A stretch of DNA of 64,000 nt, taken from the NCBI RefSeq assembly GCF_006345805.1, contig NC_043002.1:38068001-38132000 (forward strand), written 5' to 3'. The stretch is from Octopus sinensis (taxonomy: Eukaryota). The translations under genes and the position numbers were made by a program. This document shows, piece by piece, positions 39,755 through 50,329 of the stretch. The notes beneath the pieces are model-generated. The model was given only the letters and a program-made list of their open reading frames with translations. It was not told where the DNA came from and ran no database searches. The stretch's first letter is position 1. Each line of letters opens with the position of its first letter.

Positions 39755-40360
39755 TATGCTGCACATGGGAAATTTTACTATCCGACTTTCAGTATTCGGT
39801 GGTCCAGAGACACAGCAAAGCCTCCCCGACATGTGTTCATGTGTACATGCCCATATACATACACAGATACACTCACAGATACCTTCATACATACACAATT
39901 ACTTACATGCGTATATACGTATGTAAGTCATTGTACATGAATATATGTGTGTGAGGGAAGCTATGTGTGTCTCTGGATCACCAAGTACGGAAAATCGGAT
40001 AATAAAATTTCACATGTGCAGCCTAACATGAGGAACAGGTAAAAAATCGGATAGTACCAAAATAAACATCCAATATATCCAATACCATTCATATTAGGCA
40101 CGCAGAAGCACATTAACAGCAAGTAGAATCTACCTGCCAGCATCTACTAAATTACAACAAGGCAGATGGATGTGTTAGCATCGACGTCGAAGGTGTTTTA
40201 ACTAACGGTGACCTAAGGAAAAACAACTGAGCCCCATAATACTGGTAAACGGTTGTATGATCAAATACCTGTATATATGAAAAAATATGTTGTACGGAAA
40301 CATTTGTAGTATTTAAAAACAAACTGTCCAAAAGTACTCCATTTTGTTGACTCTATCTTA

Positions 40361-40397
<37 letters not shown>

Positions 40398-40403
40398 GTT
40401 ATA

Positions 40404-40771
40404 TAATTAGGGTTCAGTAAAATAATTTGCTTTACCACACACCGAACTTTTAGAAATAGCAGCCAAAAAAATCTTAGCTATTTCTTCTACTATAAGAAAA
40501 ATCTCCCAGACAATGCATACTCAAAAATAATTCACACAGGTATAGATGGTTTGTCTAGGATTCAGACGGGTATGTTCGATTTTTAGTGCTCTCAAATCCA
40601 AATCAAAAGAAATCTTTGAGCTGACGAAGGAAATGTTGATCGTTATGTTCAACTAATCCAGAAACGGCCGTTCTCAAGTAATCTTATGCACGTGTGATCT
40701 TTCGTTATTTTTCCCTCTATACCTGTGTGAATTATTTTTGAGTATGCATTGTCTGGGAGATTTTTCTTATA
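40404..40771 (+). mobile_element. PLE pLTR-like unit with inverted 3' segment
   Basis: 40491-40546 is a perfect 56-bp inverted repeat of 40716-40771; the terminus resembles 42490-42550; flanked by (TA)n. Confidence 0.65.
40616..40677 (+). ncRNA. Putative type I hammerhead ribozyme (unpaired 10.1/11.1 variant)
   Basis: ttgag CTGACGA a gga-aat-gttga...tcaac-taa-tcc a GAAA cggccgT T ctcaa. Stem I is ttgag/ctcaa; palindromic ACGGCCGT stem III. Confidence 0.6.
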
Positions 40772-40785
40772 CATGTATATGTATG

Positions 40786-40834
<49 letters not shown>

Positions 40835-41669
40835 GCCTGTGCGTGTTTGTGTGAGTGTTTGTCACCCTAGCATTGCTTGACAACCGATGCTGGTGTGTTT
40901 ATGTCCCCGTTACTTAGCGGTTCGGCAAAAGTGACCGATAGAATAAATACTGGGCTTACAAAAGAATAAGTCCCGGGGTCGAGTTGCTCGATTAAAGGCG
41001 GTGCTCCAGCATGGCCGCATTAAAATGACTGAAACAAGTAATAGAGTAATATATATATATATACATGTATGTGTGTGTGTGTGTATAAGTACCACATTGT
41101 TCAGTTTTATTTCAAGATGTCTTGCCAATAGAGAAAGAGCCGGTTTCTAATCTTGATTCATTGGAATTTCAACATTAACAACTGGGTATTTTGTTTGTAT
41201 GTATGTATGTATTCTTGTATGTATTCTTGTATACATAGGGATCTATAGATGCAGAGATATAAAAGAAGATGCCCCTTTTCCCCGTATAGCTGTGGATTTG
41301 GTTTCAGGCAAGAAGTATGATTAAGATAAACTCTGAGGCATTCACTCTTGAAATATTTAACTCAATAATTGATTATATTCGAAATCCATAAACTACGTTA
41401 TCTTGTTCGCCAATTCTTTATGCTTGTGGAACGAAGGTTGCGACACAATTAGCGTCTCATGAATGCATCTTAGGCTGAATACCATAGAATGATATATTGA
41501 AAGTAAAATTTTAGGTGAAATGTTATTCTCATTTCTGTGGAATAATCTCAAGAAATTTCAAACGCTCATGATGAAAGATATTAAACGTAAGAGAAAGAGT
41601 GTGTGTTCTGAATTGCAGTATTTAAGTTGATATAATTATTTGCAGTAATTTCTTTTGATAATATATATA

Positions 41670-41699
<30 letters not shown>

Positions 41700-41703
<4 letters not shown>

Positions 41704-42120
41704 GAATTTTGTGAGTTGATACATGTGAAAACAACCCGATCCCAGAATTGCATGTCCTTGAATACAGATGACAAGGTAATTTACCCATTTTTTTGTTGGT
41801 GAGTCTGAAATGACGTTGAGGTCTATTTTCCTCGTGTGTCTCACGTCGGTTTAATTCGAAGTTTGCAGAGAGAGCGCCATGCATTCTGGTTCCAAGGAAA
41901 GTGTTCAAGTTGTGCCGGTTGAATGCTGCAGGGGTTGAGTTTAAATGGTCCCTGAACCTCTCCATTTGATAGCTTTCCGAAGTGGACCATTTTCGGTAGA
42001 CGATTATCAGGCATCCTGATAATTGCATTTTACGCATTGCTTGTAAAGACAAGTCCCCTGCACACAAGTTTTCCAGCAAGAATAAATCTCCAGTTTCGAA
42101 GACATCATCCAACACCGCCT
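41700..42120 (-). mobile_element. RTE-clade LINE 3' fragment
   Basis: IRMPDNRLPKMVHFGKL, RFRDHL, FELNRR and C2H2-like tail PCHLYSRTCNSGIGLFSHVSTH, ending in (CA)n. Confidence 0.75.
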
Positions 42121-42405
42121 ACAAATATGGCTTGGCCACGTTATCAGGATACTTGATAATCATTTCCCATATATATATATGTATAGCTACATAAAGAACA
42201 TGTGTATTTGTCAGAGAATACATGAATAAAAACGAGAAAAAGTTCCGCAGCTCACACAGACAGACTTATATATAGGTTTTTTCATATGTTGTGAGGATTC
42301 GATATTAAATTTCTGAAGAGATTTAATCAATACCAATTTTAAAATTCTATTTGCATACATAAATAGGCGAATGTACATATATAGAGAAAATTGTCAGTAT
42401 ATATA

Positions 42406-42473
<68 letters not shown>

Positions 42474-42670
42474 AATTACATTATATAAAAGGGCTTAGTA
42501 AAATAAATTACTTTGCCGCATACTGAACTCATTAGAAATAGCAGCTAAAAAAAACTTTTTTAAAACTATTTCTAATACTTAAAGAAAACCTCTCTCATAT
42601 AGTGTTTGCTCAATTCAACTCACGAAAGTATGGGGGTAGAGACATTAAAAAATCAAATGCAAAGGTTATT

Positions 42671-42723
42671 TGAGAACGTACGTTTCAAGATTAGTCAAAC
42701 CCGACACTTCTATCATCAGCTCA
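42671..42723 (-). ncRNA. Putative hammerhead ribozyme, left arm of fold-back
   Basis: Mirror of 43052-43104. Confidence 0.55.
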
Positions 42724-43051
42724 GAACTCCCTGGTTTGGATTTGAAAACACTGAAAGTGGGAGCATACCCTTTCGGCTTCTTATCGCTTCTGAAGATCTG
42801 CTCGAAACTAACAGTGCCAGCAAACACAAATATGCAAGCGAAGAATTTTTGCTCTCCCCTTTCCACCAGCGTGGGTTAAAATCAGTAAACACTATGCTTT
42901 TTTCGCTGGTGGAAAGGGGAGAGCAAAAATTCTTCGCTTGCATATTTGAGTTTGCTGGCACTGTTAGTTTCGAGCAGATCTTCAGAAGCGATAAGAAGCC
43001 GAAAGGGTATGCTCCCACTTTCAGTGTTTTCAAATCCAAACCAGGGAGTTC

Positions 43052-43104
43052 TGAGCTGATGATAGAAGTGTCGAGTTTGACTAATCTTGAAACGTACGTT
43101 CTCA
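43052..43104 (+). ncRNA. Putative hammerhead ribozyme, right arm of fold-back
   Basis: tgag CTGATGA t aga-agt-gtc-gagttt-gac-taa-tct t GAAA cgtacgT T ctca; homologous to 40616-40677 with compensatory changes. Confidence 0.55.
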
Positions 43105-43385
43105 AATAACCTTTGCATTTGATTTTTTAATGTCTCTACCCCCATACTTTCGTGAGTTGAATTGAGCAAACACTATATGAGAGAGGTTTTCTTTAAGTAT
43201 TAGAAATAGTTTTAAAAAAGTTTTTTTTAGCTGCTATTTCTAATGAGTTCAGTATGCGGCAAAGTAATTTATTTTACTAAGCCCTTTTATATAATGTAAT
43301 AATTTGAATTCGCCTTAAATGGTCCCTTTGCATACTGAATACTTGGTGAAATTGATTAATTAATTAATTTTACCCTCAATTGTTG

Positions 43386-43434
<49 letters not shown>

Positions 43435-43593
43435 TCGCCATACTAATATGGCATTCTTATAAAAATAAGAATAAAGCTGTCCACTTATTAGCTCCATGAG
43501 GCCATCGCCTTAAGTTAGCTATTTGATACACAAACTCTATCCATATAACCTTCGAACAAGGGAGGTCAGTCGCTCCACACTACTTGACCGGCA

Positions 43594-43635
43594 GCTACAG
43601 ACGCGTTTCGGGGTATTGCCCCTTTTCAATGCAGC
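43594..43635 (-). ncRNA. Minimal type I hammerhead ribozyme (U3:A8 variant), array unit
   Basis: gctgca TTGAAAA gggg-caata-cccc GAAA cgcGT C tgtagc on the minus strand. Confidence 0.75.
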
Positions 43636-43955
43636 GTAGCCAGCCAGTAGGTGTCGCTTCCGACAATCTCTGTTCGATGGTTTTATTTACCTAGTTTCGG
43701 TGGAATACATCCACTTGTTTTCAATAATAGAAATATTAAAATTGCTAAGTCTCTCTAAAAGAGAACAGCGGCAGCGTTCCCGGAAAATAATAGTTATCGG
43801 CATACTAATATGGCATTCTTATAAAAATAAGAATAAAGCTGTCCACTTATTAGCTCCATGAGGCCATCGCCTTAAGTTAGCTATTTGATACACAAACTCT
43901 ATCCATATAACCTTCGAACAAGGGAGGTCAGTCGCTCCACACTACTTGACCGGCA

Positions 43956-43997
43956 GCTACAGACGCGTTTCGGGGTATTGCCCCTTTTCAATGCAGC
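43956..43997 (-). ncRNA. Minimal type I hammerhead ribozyme (U3:A8 variant), array unit
   Basis: Identical motif one period downstream. Confidence 0.75.
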
Positions 43998-44331
43998 GTA
44001 GCCAGCCAGTAGGTGTCGCTTCCGACAATCTCTGTTCGATGGTTTTATTTACCTAGTTTCGGTGGAATACATCCACTTGTTTTCAATAATAGAAATATTA
44101 AAATTGCTAAGTCTCTCTAAAAGAGAACAGCGGCAGCGTTCCCGGAAAATAATAGTTATCGGCATACTAATATGGCATTCTTATAAAAATAAGAATAAAG
44201 CTGTCCACTTATTAGCTCCATGAGGCCATCGCCTTAAGTTAGCTATTTGATACACAAACTGTATCCATATAACCTTCGAACAAGGGAGGTCAGTCGCTCC
44301 ACACTACTTGACCGGCAGCTACAGACGCTAC

Positions 44332-44373
44332 GCTGCATTGAAAAGGGGCAATACCCCGAAACGCGTCTGTAGC
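44332..44373 (+). ncRNA. Minimal type I hammerhead ribozyme (U3:A8 variant), at the inversion centre
   Basis: Stem I gctgca/tgtagc, stem II gggg/cccc, GAAACGCGTC; predicted cleavage after 44367. Confidence 0.75.
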
Positions 44374-44693
44374 TGCCGGTCAAGTAGTGTGGAGCGACTG
44401 ACCTCCCTTGTTCGAAGGTTATATGGATACAGTTTGTGTATCAAATAGCTAACTTAAGGCGATGGCCTCATGGAGCTAATAAGTGGACAGCTTTATTCTT
44501 ATATTTATAAGAATGCCATATTAGTATGGCGATAACTATTATTTTCCGGGAACGCTGCCGCTGTTCTCTTTTAGAGAGACTTAGTAATTTTAATATTTCT
44601 ATTATTGAAAACAAGTGGATGTATTCCACCGACACTAGGTAAATAAAACCATCGAACAGAGATTGTCGGAAGCGACACCTACTGGCTGGCTAC

Positions 44694-44735
44694 GCTGCAT
44701 TGAAAAGGGGCAATACCCCGAAACGCGTCTGTAGC
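44694..44735 (+). ncRNA. Minimal type I hammerhead ribozyme (U3:A8 variant), array unit
   Basis: Identical motif. Confidence 0.75.
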
Positions 44736-45055
44736 TGCCGGTCAAGTAGTGTGGAGCGACTGACCTCCCTTGTTCGAAGGTTATATGGATACAGTTTGTG
44801 TATCAAATAGCTAACTTAAGGCGATGGCCTCATGGAGCTAATAAGTGGACAGCTTTATTCTTATATTTATAAGAATGCCATATTAGTATGGCGATAACTA
44901 TTATTTTCCGGGAACGCTGCCGCTGTTCTCTTTTAGAGAGACTTAGTAATTTTAATATTTCTATTATTGAAAACAAGTGGATGTATTCCACCGACACTAG
45001 GTAAATAAAACCATCGAACAGAGATTGTCGGAAGCGACACCTACTGGCTGGCTAC

Positions 45056-45097
45056 GCTGCATTGAAAAGGGGCAATACCCCGAAACGCGTCTGTAGC
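45056..45097 (+). ncRNA. Minimal type I hammerhead ribozyme (U3:A8 variant), array unit
   Basis: Identical motif. Confidence 0.75.
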
Positions 45098-45323
45098 TGC
45101 CGGTCAAGTAGTGTGGAGCGACTGACCTCCCTTGTTCGAAGGTTATATGGATAGAGTTTGTGTATCAAATAGCTAACTTAAGGCGATGGCCTCATGGAGC
45201 GAATAAGTGGACAGCTTTATTCTTATTTTTATAAGAATGCCATATTAGTATGGCGATAACTATTATTTTCCGGGAGCGCTGCCGCTGTTCTCTTTTAGAG
45301 AGACTTAGTAATTTTAATATTTC

Positions 45324-45388
<65 letters not shown>

Positions 45389-45769
45389 ATATATATATAT
45401 GCATGTATGTTTATGGTAATAAACAAAAGAAAGAAAATAGTGGCTATTAGTAGGATGAGAAACAATATATATGTTATACTAGATTAGCTGCGGCCAGGGC
45501 CAAACTGATACTCTGGGCTTCATGAAACCCAGATATACAAATTGAACCATGTACAATTAACGCGTAACAGTTTTATTATTAATTTGTTTAACTGTAACAA
45601 TAAATCTAACTGCAAGTTTATAACGTTTGCCACATTGAGTTTTAACTGTCGAATTCCGCTATTTATTTTTCCTGCAAGCTCTTATGCTCGGCAAAAGACA
45701 TGGCATTAAACCAGCGTCTTATAGCCACGTGATTATTTACCCAATGCACACATACACACACATTTGTAT

Positions 45770-46130
45770 GTAAGGCATGAGAAGAGTGAAAATTCAAGCA
45801 CTGGTTTCTGTGTGTGTTGCTTTATAAAAAATATCTGTCTTAGTATTGTTTTCATGTTTGATTACAAGTATATAAGAAATGGTAGATCCTTGCGTACCAT
45901 TCCATTGCAAATTTTATTATGGTGCCTAACCTATTTAGAAGGCGATGGAAGATTGCTAGTTAATTATGATCTTTTTTCCGAAAAAGAAAATACTTGTAGC
46001 AATTGTTCTTCATGTAAATGGAGATATGTTGGTTGACAGTTTCTAGTAGCTGGGAACAGATTTTATCCTCTAAGAAACCCATTATGAACGTTGCATATGC
46101 AGAGGGTACTGTCTTCCCCTTTAATATTCA
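45770..46130 (-). pseudogene. Penelope-like RT palm/thumb fragment
   Basis: FIMGFLEDK, FHRLLNRLGTIIKFAMEW, DLPFL, TDIFYKATH..QCLNFHSSH across shifted frames. Confidence 0.7.
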
Positions 46131-46204
46131 TTTCATTTGTAAATATAAGTTATTGCCAAAGAAGTGATTATTTTCAATTATTAATTTCATTCCATCTCAC
46201 CAAT

Positions 46205-47290
46205 GCATAGTCTCGCCATACACGGTTTCCCCGCAACCCCGAACGTTACACCGGCCGTTGACAGTGACACCTCCTAAACGGGTGATTGCATCCATCTCCA
46301 TCATCACGTCAATCTCGCTCACCAAGCGGCCAACTGCAATTGCTTGCAGCTTCAGCTTTGTTTCCTGCACCACAATCTTCGCATCTGTAATGTCTTCATA
46401 GTGTACCTCTCTTCCATCGACTGCCCTGACACTGCTTACTCCACTTCACGTCTCTACTACTTTTGGAGTCATCAGGGTCGTCGTACAGCCTGTGTCCACA
46501 AGGGCTCACGACATCTTCCCCTCCACCAGAATGTCGACTACAGGTAACGATAAACACGCCTTTATTGATCCGAAGGGATAACTACCGGCGCAGTAGTCTC
46601 TCTTAGACCGTTTCCCTGCAGACATTCGCTGGCTATATGTCCTGTTTCGCGACATCGGTAGCAAATTATCTCAGGCTTGGGTGACGTGCAGTCTCGCACC
46701 ATGTGCAGGCCTGACACCGGAAACGATGTCCTTTGAATGGTCGCACACGTTCCTTGTTTGACCCTTTTCCGCTACTCCTTGCTCAGCCACTTTTCGTTGT
46801 TGCAGTCGCTGCTACTGGCGTCGTCCTGCAACACGAAAGTAGCAAGCGAGCCCGAGATATAATGTCTGCCGTCGCCATAGAGTTAACGTTCGGCAGATTT
46901 TGCAATTCGACCGACATATGGTCAGGAAAGCCAGTCACAAACGCTAACTTAACCGTTCGGTTCAGTGCTTCACTTTCATATCCCGCCAGTTTAGCCAATC
47001 TCCTGAGTTCGTTGGCAAATACGTCGACCTGTTCGCCGGTCCACTTTGCTTTCCCCAGGAGAGCGTACACTTCGAACATTCCTTCCGCAAAGGCCACCAT
47101 CAAACGGATTTCTATTTTTTTCCGCGCTTAGTTGGTCCCTTTCTTCCATTTCTAGGTATAGCGCCAACGCCGAACCATACAGCGATATAAAACTCGCTAA
47201 GTCGTCTATCCTGTGGAGTTTTGCAACCAACTTCATCTTCTTCACATCTAGGATGTTGCTGAACATATATATCCGTCATACATCATGACT
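46205..47290 (-). mobile_element. Ty3/Gypsy gag-protease fragment (disrupted)
   Basis: Gag EQVDVFANELRRLAKLAG..VKLAFVTGFP; zinc knuckle CYRCRETGHIASEC; aspartic protease motif ALVDTGC. Confidence 0.88.
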
Positions 47291-50200
47291 GTACTTACAG
47301 GGAGGTCATTCGACCGATTAATATCATATCATTCAGCAGCACAGTCCACTATGGCCCACATACGTTTTGTCACTTCTGCTATATTTTTCTTACGTACTAA
47401 ACTGATATCTACTACATGGATTTGGTTGGTTTAGTGCCAACTACATCCCCCTTGTCTTTTCCTCTCTCGTCAGCCGTATTGTATCGCCTTAGACCTTTTG
47501 TGAAGGGAGACCCTGGCATACTACCCATACCTTCCACCCTATAAGATAGACTTTCTACTATACTTTGGACATGAGTTGCTCGTGATCATTTAACCACATC
47601 GATCATCCTGGGACTAGAAAGCCTGCAAAGGAAATGACCACAGCCTCTTCCTTCAGAACAGATCAATGTAACAAATGGACGTTTCTAATGCAATGAATAC
47701 GTGACTTGCCCGTAAGCTCTCAATGATAGCTGACCCGTTTCTTAACTATCATAACTACAAGAGCAGCAATGCACACACGTTATTTGCATTCATTTCTTAG
47801 TAAGTAATTTGCGTTCTACTACGAGCCTAAAGGTTCATGAAGACTTACCTTATCCGGATTACAGAGATACGTTTACGATTGAGAGTATAGAACACTCCTA
47901 TTGAACAGAACTCCAGTCCATGAGAGAGTACTTTTCAATCTGCTACTCATTTTCAAGCAAACAGACTGAAAGCTAACATGAAATAAAGAACTTCGCTAAA
48001 AGGCACAGCACATGATTTCGTTCAATAATCGAACTCTGTTAATCACAGCACTTTAACCACTGGGCCATGCGCCTCCACGGCAGTTTCACAACAAAATTAT
48101 GTCAATGCAAGTTGTATAAATTTACTTGACGTTGAGCGCACTAACCCGTCCTAATTTCGGACATGACTATTTCACTGCTGTGGATTGTTTTCCCCTTTAA
48201 GCTTTCATGCATCATTTCAATTTCAGCTGTTGTAAGCATTCTGATAGCAATCAATCTCACACCTCCCACATTGTTTCACACATGTTCCTAACTTCCATAT
48301 TGTTGATCTCTGATATGTCTAAAATACCTTCCTTTATATATTTCTAAGATTTTTTTTTCGATAATCATCCTTCCACTACTGCATCAGTGATCAATGTTTT
48401 TTGAATAGTATTGCCTTTCGGATTATGTTATTTCCACTTGTAGTCAGGCAATATTTCAGCCAGTTCTTTCGAAAACCCGTGTATTATATTTTATTTTATG
48501 ATTGTTGGATAGGTCTCGCGAAGCCAAATAAAACAAAATCACCACTACTGATTATATTACTACAAGAAAACTACAACAGAAAAATAGCAACAGAAAAAAA
48601 ATAGGAACACATAACTATATCTGCATCAGCTTTATATTTATTACTCTATATTGCAACTTTAAAATAATCTGCATTATACATAGACAAAAAGAAAGCTATC
48701 AACGTTTATGAATTTTGAAACATACAGTAAATGCATGATGCATAAAATAAATACAAATAAACGATTACAAAGAGACTATAGCATATTGAATTAACGTTTT
48801 CAGTTCAACATTCAGCAATGATTATAGCTTACCAATATTATATGAATATATACTTATTTTTTTAACTAAGGAATAAAAATACACAAACTCGTACACACAC
48901 GTAAACACACATACAAATACACAAACACGTACACACACATCTACACATACACACGCGCACATATACACACGCATCTACAAACGTTCAGGATTCAATTTTG
49001 TATAAATTTATGTTGTTTGTACATCGCGTGTGAGGATGACAGTGATCCCTGACCATTGGTGAGGAAAGTGAGTGAGAAGATGATTTGTTTAGAAAATTCG
49101 GGGAAACAAACATCTTGCATTTATTGGGTTTAACATGGGAAAGGTTCAAATTTGATTGGTTCTCACCTTGTGGGATTTTTCTTTCTGCTTGAATCAAATA
49201 CTTTTTTGGTTCTTGAACAACACGGCGCCAAAAGTATTCCCTGAACTTAGTGAAGAAGAATTGTCAGTAAGTTGTAGTCAAAATCCAATATTAGAAGTGA
49301 GAAGGTTCAGAAAAGTTTTTACACCAAGCATTTGAATTATTCATTTGTTTTGTTTTTGCACCTACAGGAGAACACTAGTTTGTATAGTTTTAAATATGTA
49401 TCTTAGGTATTCAGGCTTATATAATTACAAGCATACAAATATACAAGCCATATCAACTTGCAGAAACTGACTCCTGAAGGTATCTGTCACATCTGCTTTA
49501 CGTGGAATAACAGCATTTCTTATTTTATCACAAATTCGTTTATTCCTATCATATTTGCAACAGCCATCGATCTAAAGCATCTTTTAACACATCTTGAATG
49601 TATTATAGAGTGCATGAGGATAAATTCACCTCGTATTTGGACGAAATAAGATGTTTTGAGTAACAAATGTGCGTCTTAACCTACACAGAATGTTCTTGTT
49701 CTTATGGAAGTATATTTCAGCACTTAATAGTTCCCAATTGTATTGTGGTTCGCGGTCGCTGCCTATCACTTTCGATTCGTTCCGACTATTGCATCGTTCG
49801 TTTCTTTTGTGTAAAATTAAAGCTAGTAGCTTGCAGCGAGGGTAAATTTTCTCTTGGAGAAAAAAATATATGTTTCAGATTCCATTGATGATTGTCATAT
49901 GTTTTGTATACTATGTATTTTTTCTCCGGAAATTTATTGCATTTCCATCACAAAGACAATATGGTGCCCCAGCATGGCCACAGCTCATGAGCTGAAACTA
50001 GAATCAATCAATCAATCAATCAGTCATAAACACAAGACATTTTTCACTCTTCTGAACAGTAAACTGAACACTACGTTTTAGATATACCTACTTTTTAGTA
50101 AATTTGGCAAATGCAGATTTGTTCTGTAAGAAACCGAGATCATCTTGGTGATGCGTCTATTGGTTAGATAGAGAAAAATGACAAATAGAATTTAATACAA

Positions 50201-50329
50201 GAATATATATATATTTTAATTACTTTCAATCGGCGTAGAGTCAAGAAATGACTCAATGGCCAAAAGTTACGTACATTCCACGTGGCAATATTTCAATCGT
50301 ACTATTGAAGAATATCACTAACTACTTTA

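Larger units (their letters stand above)
42475..43300. repeat. 826-bp fold-back: 397-bp inverted arms (42475-42871 / 42904-43300), 32-nt spacer
   Basis: Arms are reverse complements with only two mismatches seen; the 167/129/95 aa ORFs here are mirror images with no recognisable domain. Confidence 0.95.
43429..45328. repeat. Tandem array of 362-bp non-coding units in two divergent arms, flanked by (TA)n
   Basis: Marker acgc at 43601, 43963 and 44325 (left arm) and acgcgt at 44361, 44723 and 45085 (right arm, opposite strand): exact 362-bp period. Inversion junction at ~44327. Confidence 0.97.

Noticed and set aside
42606-43169. 167 aa, 129 aa and 95 aa ORFs
   Set aside because: Mirror-image frames produced by the palindrome; TTG starts and no recognisable domain.
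43429-45328. CRISPR-like or satellite interpretation of the array
   Set aside because: Units are whole 362-bp copies with no repeat-spacer alternation; eukaryotic context and no cas genes.
49150-49370. Possible exon(s) on either strand near gtcagtaagt and ctcctgtag
   Set aside because: In-frame stops and no compatible acceptor-donor pair.
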